From: a bacterium
GTDB taxonomy: Bacteria; Patescibacteriota; UBA1384; CAILIB01
Length of the DNA stretch: 64,000 bases
NCBI GenBank assembly: GCA_037131105.1
Contig: JBAXRQ010000001.1
Location: 194,039-258,038 of the forward strand
Direction: 5' to 3'
Shown here piece by piece: positions 38,154 to 47,788 of the stretch. The notes below the pieces were generated by a model that was given only the letters and a program-made list of their open reading frames with translations, did not search any database and was not told the DNA's origin. Every line of letters begins with the position of its first letter. The stretch's first letter is position 1. The translations under genes and the position numbers were made by a program.

Positions 38154-39719
38154 CTAGTGGCGAGTCTTTTCGGTCACGCGAAAGCCGATGTATTTGCCGA
38201 GCATCAGGCGTGTCTGGGCATCGAGTCCCGGGATGGAGCCGAAAAAGATGCCAAACATCGGCACCAGTATCCATTGGAGGGCCATGGTTGAGACGGTCAG
38301 GGGCTTCTTCTTGTAGGGGACGATTGAAAGCACACGCAGAGTAAGGATGCTGGAGATGATCAGACCGATCCAGGTAAGGCTGAGGAGCTCCTTGGTGACG
38401 AAGATGAAGTTGCTGACCACCACTTGGTCTCTGAAACTGTCATTGACCAAGATTGGGATCCAGCCGACGAAGGTGATGAAGAAGGACGAGGTGGCCCAGG
38501 AGAAGGAGCCAACGAAGGCGCGCCATACCAGCATGAACCGGTCTAAGAAGGGGATCTCCCGGTGGTAGAAGCATTCAAGGACGATGTAGGGGAAATGCTC
38601 TACGCCGTAGGCCCAGCGCTGCTGCTGGAAGTACAGGTTCTTAAGAGTGCTCCACAGGTTGTACGAGTGCACGGCGTCCATGTAGATAGGCATAAAGAGC
38701 GGTACCACCCGGAACTTGCCCTCATAATGGAAAAAGGCGCGGAAGTACTGGCGCGAGTCCTCATTGACGATGGAGGTGCACCAGTAGTCGATGTCCACCA
38801 GAGTTTTCAAAGATACGGCATGGGTGGCAAAGGTGATGAGGCGGTAGTCGCGTACTGACTCAATTAGCTGCCAGAAGGTGGTACCGAAGGCTAGTACCCG
38901 GGACATCATCGGGGCTTCCCAGATGTTATTGAAGTAGGTAGCCACCGGCTGGAAGCCGCAGCGGGTGCGGTCAGGAAGCACGGCGTAGGCATAGGTTAGA
39001 CAGAGGAAGTATTTCTCATCGAAACGGGAGTCGGCGTCCGCGCAGGAGACGATCACCTTGTCCATGGCGATGTGGGCCTCTTTCATCTGGCGGACCAGCT
39101 CTTTGGCCGCCCAGGTCGCGTTGGCACCCTTTGCCTTCACCTCTCCTACGATGTCGTCGGGATGCTCGGTGACGATAAACCTGAAGAAGCGCTTGCCATA
39201 CTTCTTCTCAAGACTCTTGGCGATAGGGCGGGCATTTTCAGCGTCACGGCCCTCGGTGGCCAGTACAAAGATAAGGTGGTCCTCCGGGAAGTGTGCGTTC
39301 AGCACCGACTGGATCGAGGCCTCAAGGATGGGCTCCTCTTCCTTGTAGGTAGGCATGATGATGGCGTGGTAGAGCTCGCGCCAGTCCAAGATGTCGCGCT
39401 CTTCGCGCTCGGCAGGGGAGAGGGCGGTGATATCGTCCAACCGTGCCTGCCAGTTCAGTCCCAAGTGGTATTTCAGGCGGCGGTACCCCCGGATGAGCAT
39501 GAAGCTGTAGTTGAAGGTCTGTACCAGCCAGTACACATCGAAGACCAGAATGAAGAGAGTGACGGTAAGGGGATAGTAAAAGGAAAGGAAGAAAGGAGCT
39601 AGCAGAAAAGCCCAGACTACGGCGCCAGGCAGAATCTCCAAGGCCCGGAACCAGAAGGGCGAGTAGCGTCTTGGTGAAACGTTGGGGTTGGCGACTATCT
39701 CGAAGGAGTCGGTATGCAT
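38154..39719 (-). CDS. Membrane GT2 family glycosyltransferase
   Basis: PTYKE, KGAN, DAD, NED, QQQRW (QxxRW) motifs. Confidence 0.9.
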   Translation of the reverse strand: MHTDSFEIVANPNVSPRRYSPFWFRALEILPGAVVWAFLLAPFFLSFYYPLTVTLFILVFDVYWLVQTFNYSFMLIRGYRRLKYHLGLNWQARLDDITALSPAEREERDILDWRELYHAIIMPTYKEEEPILEASIQSVLNAHFPEDHLIFVLATEGRDAENARPIAKSLEKKYGKRFFRFIVTEHPDDIVGEVKAKGANATWAAKELVRQMKEAHIAMDKVIVSCADADSRFDEKYFLCLTYAYAVLPDRTRCGFQPVATYFNNIWEAPMMSRVLAFGTTFWQLIESVRDYRLITFATHAVSLKTLVDIDYWCTSIVNEDSRQYFRAFFHYEGKFRVVPLFMPIYMDAVHSYNLWSTLKNLYFQQQRWAYGVEHFPYIVLECFYHREIPFLDRFMLVWRAFVGSFSWATSSFFITFVGWIPILVNDSFRDQVVVSNFIFVTKELLSLTWIGLIISSILTLRVLSIVPYKKKPLTVSTMALQWILVPMFGIFFGSIPGLDAQTRLMLGKYIGFRVTEKTRH

Positions 39720-40825
39720 TAGTTGGGGTTGAAAGCGCGGTTGGCAGATAGATAGGCATCGACGGGCTGGCCGTTGACGGTCTTGATCGAGGAACGGATA
39801 GCATCAAGAACTACTCCGCTATCTGGTAGGATACCCTTTTGTACCTTCGGATAATAGGCCGCATTTATATTTTTGAAGACAGTAGGATCGTTCTCATAGA
39901 GCTGCCACCAAGCCATACCGATGAGCTGGTAGATCTCGGATACCTGGGGACTTTCGTAGAGCGCCTGGTTGTCCTTGGGCACGTGGAGCGTGGCATTCCA
40001 GTTCTTGTACTGGTCAGCCGTACCGGCCAGGTAGAGATGACTGAAGTGAGGGAGCTTGCCGTCCTGGGTCATCTGCTCCATCACTGCATCGGTGGTGGCC
40101 ACCGTCATGCCCTCTTCAAGGGCTGAGCTTTGAAAAACGGCTACTCCGTGGAACCCGTGCACCATCTCGTGGATAAGGGTGTTGGTATCTTCGAAGTTTG
40201 TCTTGTCGAAGTCCTTGAGGTGGATGTTCACCTTGATGCCGGTGCTGCTGTTCTCGATGATGATCTCACCTGAAGACCCAGGAATACTGAACTCGTCGAC
40301 GAAGGTGATGACGATACTGTTCAGCAGGTAGGGCTGCCCGTACGTCTTCTGGATATAATCGTAGGCGTCGGAGACCACCTGCTTGACCTCGGCCTCCTTG
40401 GCGCTGACATTGCTGATATGCGAGGTGTTCTGGAAGCTGAAGAGCGGGGGTCGGGCGCGCAGCTGGGTGAGTTCGTCAGCATTCTTGCTCAGCTGGTCCT
40501 GTTGTGACTTGAGCTGGGCCTGTGAGGTGCTAAGCTGCGCTGACTTGGCATCCTGCTGCTTCTGGATGTCGGTAAGCTGCTTGGTGACCTGGTCTACCTT
40601 GGTAGTCTGCAGGCTCAGCTGGGACTTGTCCTGACGCAGGTCGGACTGCAGCTTTTCAATCTGGTCACGCATAGCCTGCTCCTGCTGGTCCACCGTGGCA
40701 TAACTGGCAAGCTTGATCTGGTCCACCTGCCAGGCGTACAGGAGAATGGAGCAGTTGATCGCCAGGATCAACGAGAATATGGGATAGAGCCGGGAGACCC
40801 GGTTTGGCAGGGAGGGAAGCCGCAT
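39719..40825 (-). CDS. TM + coiled-coil + zincin-motif protein
   Basis: Gln/Leu-rich coiled coil, HEMVH...LEEG. Confidence 0.7.
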   Translation of the reverse strand: MRLPSLPNRVSRLYPIFSLILAINCSILLYAWQVDQIKLASYATVDQQEQAMRDQIEKLQSDLRQDKSQLSLQTTKVDQVTKQLTDIQKQQDAKSAQLSTSQAQLKSQQDQLSKNADELTQLRARPPLFSFQNTSHISNVSAKEAEVKQVVSDAYDYIQKTYGQPYLLNSIVITFVDEFSIPGSSGEIIIENSSTGIKVNIHLKDFDKTNFEDTNTLIHEMVHGFHGVAVFQSSALEEGMTVATTDAVMEQMTQDGKLPHFSHLYLAGTADQYKNWNATLHVPKDNQALYESPQVSEIYQLIGMAWWQLYENDPTVFKNINAAYYPKVQKGILPDSGVVLDAIRSSIKTVNGQPVDAYLSANRAFNPN

Positions 40826-40936
40826 GGATATAGTATAGCCTAGGCGGTAGGCGGGCGCCACAGGAGGGTTCCGGTAGGGCTGCCAGAACTGCTAGAATGG
40901 AAAAGAAATAGGAATATTACCCACGCAGACCCTTGC

Positions 40937-41329
40937 ATGACTCGCGATGCCCTTAAGTTCGGACTGGTCGGAGGCATCAGTACCGCCATCGACTTCCTGT
41001 TCCTGAACTTCTTTACCTTTCTCGGGCTGAATATCTTTTGGGCCATCTTTTTCTCCTACCTGCTAGGCTCGGTGAACGGCTATCTCCTGAACAACAAGTG
41101 GACCTACGGACACCTTGAGATGCCCAGTACTGTCAGCGGCTTCCTGCAGTACGCTACGGTAAGCTTTATCGGTCTGGGTCTGACCGAGCTTATCGTCTAC
41201 GCGTTCTATAGTGAGCTGCACCTGGGAGTCAACGCTTCCAAGCTGCTGGCGGTAGCAATAGTATTCTTCTGGAACTTCCTAGCTAACCGGATGTTCACTT
41301 TCAAGGTGAAGCCGCCGCTGGTAGTCTGA
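40937..41329 (+). CDS. GtrA family protein
   Basis: KFGLVGGISTAID, YLLNNKWT, WNFLANRMFTF. Confidence 0.9.
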   Translation: MTRDALKFGLVGGISTAIDFLFLNFFTFLGLNIFWAIFFSYLLGSVNGYLLNNKWTYGHLEMPSTVSGFLQYATVSFIGLGLTELIVYAFYSELHLGVNASKLLAVAIVFFWNFLANRMFTFKVKPPLVV

Positions 41330-41334
41330 GCGAT

Positions 41335-42513
41335 TTAGTACGAAATTGTGCTATTAGACTCGACAAGCTGTATCCAGGTGTTGCCGCGGACAAACTTCAC
41401 TTCGGCGCCGGCAGCGTCGTAGAAATGAGTGCGCTGGTCTGAGGCGGCTTTCTTCCAGGTGCCTTTTACTGCCTGTCCGTTCTGTATGATCACGGCGGCA
41501 CCGGTCCCGGTAAGGGCGTAGCGGCTGATCGGCTTGACTATGCTGCCATAGCGCTCGGTGTCATTGGTGCGCACAGCGGTCTGGAGGATGACGTTCTTGG
41601 CGGTGATCTGTGCCCCGGTGCCGGCATCAGTGTGGGCTACTCCGGCCATGACCCGCTTATATGAGTTGGTGGTGGGGTCGTAGGTCCACTGCACGGCGAA
41701 TGAAGCGCTGGTCACGCTGACTTTGACGGGGGCCTCGGAGGCGGGACGTGAGGCGACGGCGATATCGTCCTGAAAGAGCCAGGGGGCGAAGTCGGCGGTC
41801 TTGGGCCAGCCCTTGGTACCGGTGGCGTACTGCCAGAGCTGGTCGGTGGAGGAGTAAAGGGTATGCTCGCTGCTTACCTTGCGGGTGGTGTCGCGGTGGA
41901 AAAGAGACCCTAATACCAGTCCGTCTAGATCGTAGGCGCCGGTCTTCTTGATCTCGGACAGGCCGTCCTGGCTGCCGCCGGCGTGGGCGAAGAAGGCCTT
42001 CACTTCATTGGATAGGTCTACATAGTAGGGGCGGGCGCTCCTGACCGGCTCTACCCGGACTGCCTTGGTGGGATCGGCGAAGATTGCATAGAAGCGGGTG
42101 ATACCTCCCTCGGCGATAGCTTCATATACAAGGTCGGCTTGGCCGAGGCCGTACTGGGGGCGGGCGTCGGGTGTATTTTCGATCATAACGCCAAGGGGAT
42201 GCAGGTTTTCGGTGCCAGCTGGGACCATGAGGCCGGTAAGGAGGGAGGTAGCCAGGGCCGGCGTGGGGGTGGGAGCTGGTGTGGCTGGGGCAGAAGGTGC
42301 TGAGGTGGCTCCTGGCGTAGCAATGATGACAACGGGGACGTCCTTTTGCTTGGAATGCCAGTAAGCAAAGCCAAGAGCGGGCACTAGTATGACCAGGCCG
42401 GCTAGTGCGAGGAAAAGGGCGATTCTTTTCTTGGGCTTGAGAGGGATCTGGGGATTCTCGGGAGAGTTCTCCTGATTTGTATCCGAGCTGATCTTCTTGA
42501 AGAATGATGACAT
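41335..42513 (-). CDS. DUF3048 family membrane-anchored protein
   Basis: VMIENTPDARPQ.GL..AD.VYE..AEGGITR, PVRSARPY. Confidence 0.88.
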   Translation of the reverse strand: MSSFFKKISSDTNQENSPENPQIPLKPKKRIALFLALAGLVILVPALGFAYWHSKQKDVPVVIIATPGATSAPSAPATPAPTPTPALATSLLTGLMVPAGTENLHPLGVMIENTPDARPQYGLGQADLVYEAIAEGGITRFYAIFADPTKAVRVEPVRSARPYYVDLSNEVKAFFAHAGGSQDGLSEIKKTGAYDLDGLVLGSLFHRDTTRKVSSEHTLYSSTDQLWQYATGTKGWPKTADFAPWLFQDDIAVASRPASEAPVKVSVTSASFAVQWTYDPTTNSYKRVMAGVAHTDAGTGAQITAKNVILQTAVRTNDTERYGSIVKPISRYALTGTGAAVIIQNGQAVKGTWKKAASDQRTHFYDAAGAEVKFVRGNTWIQLVESNSTISY

Positions 42514-42621
42514 GTGCCCATTGTAATGGAAGAAGGGGGGCGGTGCCAAGCCGAAGGGCTGAATGTTGCCTGCGAATGTGCGATTATGGGATCACAACTA
42601 CCAGGACCTAATTGTAAGAAC

Positions 42622-42915
42622 ATGCAGACAGCTGAAGAACGTCTGGACGCACTGGAGAACCGCAACAAGCGGGTGGAGGCTGACAAGCAGTGGGAGGGAA
42701 GCCTGGAAAGAAGGGCGTCCATTATGCTTATGACCTATGTCATCATCGGCATCTTCCTGACCCTTATCGGCACCGCCCATGCCTGGATCAATGCCGTTGT
42801 TCCTAGTATCGGCTTTCTTTTGTCTACACTTACCTTGGGTTTTCTGAAGCGAGCCTGGGTGGACAGGCGCCTGGGTGAAGTAGAAATAAAAAAAGACCCT
42901 GCTGAGGTCGAGTGA
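42622..42915 (+). CDS. Conserved small membrane protein
   Basis: RNKRVEADKQWE.S.ERR, NAVVPSIGFLLSTLTL. Confidence 0.7.
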   Translation: MQTAEERLDALENRNKRVEADKQWEGSLERRASIMLMTYVIIGIFLTLIGTAHAWINAVVPSIGFLLSTLTLGFLKRAWVDRRLGEVEIKKDPAEVE

Positions 42916-43061
42916 TAAAAAGCAGAAGGGACGGAGAACGTGGTGTACGTCTCCGCCCCCTTTGGTACGGTGGCGCCTTGTTAGGGCAAGATTTCGGGTG
43001 GCAGATGGGATCTACCGGTTTCCCTAAGGCGTTACGGAGGCCTCTAGATTCTCCGCCCGGT

Positions 43062-43334
43062 TTATATGGCCTCGGGAGGCCATCTGGGTTGGCATAGACG
43101 ACTGAATTCAAAACGGGGCATCCAAAGCCCGGGCGTTTCTAGGTCGTTTGAGGCGGGCTCGTAGATACGAGGTGCCTCATCGAACCAGTCAATAACTATG
43201 TCAGCAGACCACAACTCGGGAGCTTGCAGGATCGCTTCTAGCTGTTCCTGCGCGCGGCGAGCCCAGTACTTACTGATCGCCAGATGCTCCCAGCTCAGCC
43301 AGCTATGGCTGAACAGACTGATGTGTGTGTGCAA
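43062..43334 (-). CDS. Hypothetical protein
   Basis: TTG start after GGAGG RBS. Confidence 0.4.
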   Translation of the reverse strand: MHTHISLFSHSWLSWEHLAISKYWARRAQEQLEAILQAPELWSADIVIDWFDEAPRIYEPASNDLETPGLWMPRFEFSRLCQPRWPPEAI

Positions 43335-43498
43335 ACGGTTACCTCCTTCATCTCTCTAGTACGTTGCATAGGTGAGAGATAGATCTTTATATCACTTGGA
43401 ACTCTGTTTGTCAAGACAATTAGCTCTGGTAATTGAATATTTGGTACTTATCTGGTACAAAGAACGAGCTTAGAATCTGGATTGAAAGGGGAGGGAGC

Positions 43499-44542
43499 AT
43501 GAATAGCTTGATAACCGTACTGGGTTTGCCGGTGCTGGGGAATTGGAGTGCTGAGTGCCGGCTTTTCGTACCACTTGGCCATGAGGCCTTCTGCCGTGAG
43601 ATTCTTCACGAGGATGAAGACGATAGTTCCAATGCTCCGTTAGGACAGCTCGAGGAGCTGCTTGGACTCATTGATACGTTGCATCGCGCCAGACAGAAGC
43701 CCTTTCTGCTGCTGACCCACATGAATCGGTTCCCCGGAGTTGTATTCAAGGAGCTGTATGACAGCGGCGTGCGGCAGTTTCCTATTCGTAAGCTTGATAG
43801 GAGGGCGCTGCTCAGCGGCTTTCCTCGGGACTTGGCCGTGGCGGTACCCGAGACCATGACATTGCTGGTTAGTACCAGGTATCGGGGGAGGGTTAAGCCC
43901 CGGTACGATGGCTGGAGGGTCATAAGGTCGAACTGGGGTGAAGGCGGACGCATACATGTCTCAGGGACGACGGCAGTAGTGGCAGAGCGGGAAGGACCGA
44001 TCTTTGGCCGCCAAGACCATCGGGCACTGAGAGAGGCTGGCATAGAGAAGATAGTGACACTGCCCCAGGGCGGGGCGTTGGTTGAGGAGCATGACGGGAG
44101 TAAAGTCTATGCCCGTATCGGCCATGTCGATGTCTTCGCCGGCCTCTGCACTGCCAATGACGGGAGCCTGCATCTTTTCCTGGATCCGCAGTACCCTTCC
44201 TTTGATAAGGATGTTCGTACAGCGATTCGGGAGTATGCCTTGCGGATGTGCGAGAAGGCAGATATCACTCTCCATGTCCCCGAGACCGACCTGCTGGTTC
44301 CCTATTCGCCCGGCTTTGTGCAGCTGCACGGCGGGAGGGTGATACTGACCGGGGGTGAGCCTTGGCTGAAGGATGAGCTGGTCAAGCTGCTCGGCCCTAT
44401 GAAGGTGTTCTGCATGAAGCAGCCGTTTAAGAGGATTCCCTGTTATCTTCGGGCCGGCATCCACTGTCTGGTCAATGAGTTGCCAGGGAACTTCCTGATA
44501 GATCTATTGGAGGAAACATATCGGAAAAACGCCACGGGCTAG
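43499..44542 (+). CDS. Divergent pentein (amidinotransferase/deiminase) superfamily protein
   Basis: FPRD, GEGG, GHVDVF, AGIHCLVNE motifs in canonical order. Confidence 0.65.
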   Translation: MNSLITVLGLPVLGNWSAECRLFVPLGHEAFCREILHEDEDDSSNAPLGQLEELLGLIDTLHRARQKPFLLLTHMNRFPGVVFKELYDSGVRQFPIRKLDRRALLSGFPRDLAVAVPETMTLLVSTRYRGRVKPRYDGWRVIRSNWGEGGRIHVSGTTAVVAEREGPIFGRQDHRALREAGIEKIVTLPQGGALVEEHDGSKVYARIGHVDVFAGLCTANDGSLHLFLDPQYPSFDKDVRTAIREYALRMCEKADITLHVPETDLLVPYSPGFVQLHGGRVILTGGEPWLKDELVKLLGPMKVFCMKQPFKRIPCYLRAGIHCLVNELPGNFLIDLLEETYRKNATG

Positions 44543-44619
44543 CTGCCCGTGGCGTTTTGCTTTATGTACGGCTTATTTCCAGACGTGTGATCTGACAATA
44601 AGGTAGTTGCGTTGATAGG

Positions 44620-45306
44620 TCATCTCATTCCGACCTCGCCTACAAAGGGTCGCATCGCCGCCTGGCAGGCGGTCAGCTTCTGGCTACTGAAGGGTGCGAG
44701 ATCAGTGCCGTCGATACTCTTCGTGTCCTGGTAATTCTGCAGAAAGTATCGTTTCGCTCCTGTGATCATCCGTCCCATTACATGAAAATCCGAAATATCT
44801 AGCAGTGGATCGGCTACGGTGGTTCGAAACTCGTAGTCAATGCCGCTTTCCATAATGAGCCTAATGCTCTCGCTGATGTGCTTGGTCATGCTAGCGGGGA
44901 ATCCACAGATCAGGGGGTATTTTTCCAGAGGCCCCTTGATGTCCATGGCGACATAGTCCACCGTACCTTCGGCAAGGATGGCTCCCAGCTGCTTGGGACG
45001 GGATCCGTTACTGTCCAGCTTCACCAGAAAGCCTAGGTCCTTAATGCGACGGATGAATCCGCTGAGGTCCGGCTGTACGGTTGGCTCGCCACCGGTAATG
45101 CAGACCGCCTCCAGCTTTCCCACCCGCGTCGCCAGGAAGTCGAAGAACTCCTCGACGTCTAGTACCGGTTCAAATCGCTCCGGCAGTACCAGCTCAGGGT
45201 TATGACAGTAGGGGCAGCGGAAGGTGCAGCCCTGGGTGAAGACCGTGGCGGCGACCTTGCCAGGGTAGTCGACGAGAGTGATTTTCTGTAGGCCGCCTAT
45301 CCTCAT
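44620..45306 (-). CDS. nrdG: Anaerobic RNR activating radical-SAM protein
   Basis: CTFRCPYCHN, ITGGEPT, YEFRTT; coupled to nrdD. Confidence 0.93.
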   Translation of the reverse strand: MRIGGLQKITLVDYPGKVAATVFTQGCTFRCPYCHNPELVLPERFEPVLDVEEFFDFLATRVGKLEAVCITGGEPTVQPDLSGFIRRIKDLGFLVKLDSNGSRPKQLGAILAEGTVDYVAMDIKGPLEKYPLICGFPASMTKHISESIRLIMESGIDYEFRTTVADPLLDISDFHVMGRMITGAKRYFLQNYQDTKSIDGTDLAPFSSQKLTACQAAMRPFVGEVGMR

Positions 45307-47447
45307 GCGCCCACTTTCTCCCGGGTCTGTTTCGAAGGCCTGCTTGCGGGTACTGTGCCGGGCATGCGGTAGGTGGAACGGGCGGAAAACTCAGCCTTCT
45401 TTCCAGGATTCCACTGCTTGACCGGGCGCAGGTAGCCGACGATGCGCGAGTATACGTTGTTCTCGGCTCCGCACGTCTCGCATACCGGTACCTTCCCAGC
45501 CACATAGCCGTGCTCGGGACAGACCGAGAAGGTCGGGGTAAGGGTGAAGTAGGGCAGATGGTACTTGGTGCAGATGGTCCTGACCAGTGCCTTTACCGCC
45601 GAGGTGTCGGAAATCTCCTCTCCGATGAAGAGGTGGACGACAGTCCCCCCGGTGTACTTGGTCTGTAGGTCGTCCTGAAGGTCGAGCAGCTCGAACATGT
45701 CGTCGGTGAAATTGACGGGCAGGTGGGAGGAGTTGGTGTAGAAGGGTGGCTGTCCTAGTAGGTGCTCTGCCTCGTTGGCCACAGCAATGTCAGGGTAGAG
45801 CTCCTTGTCCTTGCTGGCGAAGCGGAAGGCGGTCGCCTCGGCCGGGGTAGCCTCCAGGTTGTAATAGTTGTCGGTCTCTTTCTGGTAGTTCTGGATCCGG
45901 TTGCGCATGAAGTCCAGTACCTTGGTGGCGAACTTCCTGCCTTTCACGGAGCCTACATCCTCTCGCAATAAGTTCAAGCAGGCCTCGTTCATACCGACCA
46001 GGCCGATGGTGGAGAAGTGGTTGGTCCAATAGGTGCCGTTATGGGCCTTGATATCGCGAAGGTAGAACTTGCTGTAGGGGTAGAGGCCGGCGTCAGTCAG
46101 CTTTTCCAGGAGTTTTCGCTTTATCTCCAGACTTTCCTTAGCTACGTCCATCAGGTCTCCCAGGCGGTTCAGGAACTCCTTTTGGCTTTTGGCCAGGTAG
46201 CCGATGCGGGGAAGGTTGATGGTGACTACTCCAATGGAACCGGTCAGGGGGTTGGCGCCAAAGAGTCCGCCGCCGCGCTTCCTTAGTTCTCGGTTGTCCA
46301 GGCGAAGACGGCAGCACATGCTGCGCGCGTCCTCAGGGTCCATGTCCGAGTTTACGAAGTTCGAGAAGTAGGGGATGCCGTACTTGGCAGTCATCTTCCA
46401 GAGTCCTTCCAGCTTGGGGTTATCCCAGTCGAAGTCCTTGGAGATGTTGTAGGTAGGGATAGGAAAAGTGAAGACCCGTCCCTTGGCGTCACCCTCGGCG
46501 ATAACCTTAGTAAAGGCGGCGTTGAACATGTCCATTTCCTTTTGAAACTCTCCGTAGGTCTCCTTCATGGGTTCGCCACCAATCAGCACGGCCTCGCGAG
46601 TCAAGGTGCTGGGGGCAATGAGGTCGAGGGTGACGTTGGTGAAGGGAGTCTGGAACCCGACCCTGGTAGGTACGTTCATATTGAAGACGAACTCCTGAAG
46701 TGCCTGCTCCACTTCCTCCTGGGTGAGCTTGTCATAGCGTATAAAGGGTGCGAGCAGGGTGTCGAAGCTGGAAAAAGCCTGGGCGCCGGCCGACTCACCT
46801 TGGAGAGTATAGAAAAAGTTGACGATCTGTCCGAGCACCACTTTGAAGTGCTTGGCTGGCTTGGACTCGATCTTGTCCTGGGTGCCCTTGAACCCCACCC
46901 GGAGCAAGTCCTGAAGGTCCCATCCTACGCAGTAGGTGGAAAGGGTGTTCAGATCATGGATGTGGAGATCACCGTTCTCAGCCGGCTGACAGACCTCGGG
47001 AGGGTATACCTTGTGCAGCCAGTAGGTCTTGGATATTTCTGAGGAGACGTAGTTGTTAAGGCCTTGCAGGGAGTAGGCCATGTTCGAGTTCTCTGATACC
47101 TGCCAGTCAAGGTTCTGAAGGTACTGGTCCATCAACTCTACCCGATGGGTCTGGGAGAGGGTGCGGAGCTGGGCATGCTGCTCACGGTAGAGGATATAGG
47201 CCTTGGCAGTCTTTTGGTAAGGGGAGGCCAGGAGCACCTGCTCCACTACGTTCTGCACCTCCTCCACGTTTGGGACCTTATAGCGGATAGCTTTAGGGAG
47301 TAGTTTTACTACCTGGCGGGTAAGTAGCTTGGAAACGCCTTCCCCAAATTCATCGGTAGCGGTACCAGCTTTCTCGAGGGCGGCGGCGATTTTAGACGAA
47401 TCAAACCTAGCGAGTCTTCCGTCTCGCTTGCGGATCGTGGTGTACAT
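45303..47447 (-). CDS. nrdD: Class III ribonucleotide reductase with ATP cone
   Basis: ATP cone, HIHDL..YC, SMCCRL, EATPAE, YSRIVGYLRP glycyl loop. Confidence 0.96.
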   Translation of the reverse strand: MYTTIRKRDGRLARFDSSKIAAALEKAGTATDEFGEGVSKLLTRQVVKLLPKAIRYKVPNVEEVQNVVEQVLLASPYQKTAKAYILYREQHAQLRTLSQTHRVELMDQYLQNLDWQVSENSNMAYSLQGLNNYVSSEISKTYWLHKVYPPEVCQPAENGDLHIHDLNTLSTYCVGWDLQDLLRVGFKGTQDKIESKPAKHFKVVLGQIVNFFYTLQGESAGAQAFSSFDTLLAPFIRYDKLTQEEVEQALQEFVFNMNVPTRVGFQTPFTNVTLDLIAPSTLTREAVLIGGEPMKETYGEFQKEMDMFNAAFTKVIAEGDAKGRVFTFPIPTYNISKDFDWDNPKLEGLWKMTAKYGIPYFSNFVNSDMDPEDARSMCCRLRLDNRELRKRGGGLFGANPLTGSIGVVTINLPRIGYLAKSQKEFLNRLGDLMDVAKESLEIKRKLLEKLTDAGLYPYSKFYLRDIKAHNGTYWTNHFSTIGLVGMNEACLNLLREDVGSVKGRKFATKVLDFMRNRIQNYQKETDNYYNLEATPAEATAFRFASKDKELYPDIAVANEAEHLLGQPPFYTNSSHLPVNFTDDMFELLDLQDDLQTKYTGGTVVHLFIGEEISDTSAVKALVRTICTKYHLPYFTLTPTFSVCPEHGYVAGKVPVCETCGAENNVYSRIVGYLRPVKQWNPGKKAEFSARSTYRMPGTVPASRPSKQTREKVGA

Positions 47448-47788
47448 GGGGCCTCCCGGCGATTAGTGGGTCAGATGCTGATAGTGAGCGGATGCATGTA
47501 GTTAAGTAGTTTCGATATAATGAAACCATGTCACTGTGTGTGCGTCTATGTCTCTGACCTAGAAATAGCAAAAAAATAACACGAATATAAAAATAAAAGG
47601 CTGTGGTAATTGGTTATTTTATACTTTTCTAAATTATCGGATCATTCTTCACGGTAATGGCTTATGGTAGCTACTATATTTTGTAATGGCTTGTATTGCG
47701 GCTATGGTGGGCCAGACCTTTTTCTTTGTGAAGAGGAAGCGTATGGTGATCCTGACATCGAACCCTGACAAACAAGGAGTTGAGGATA

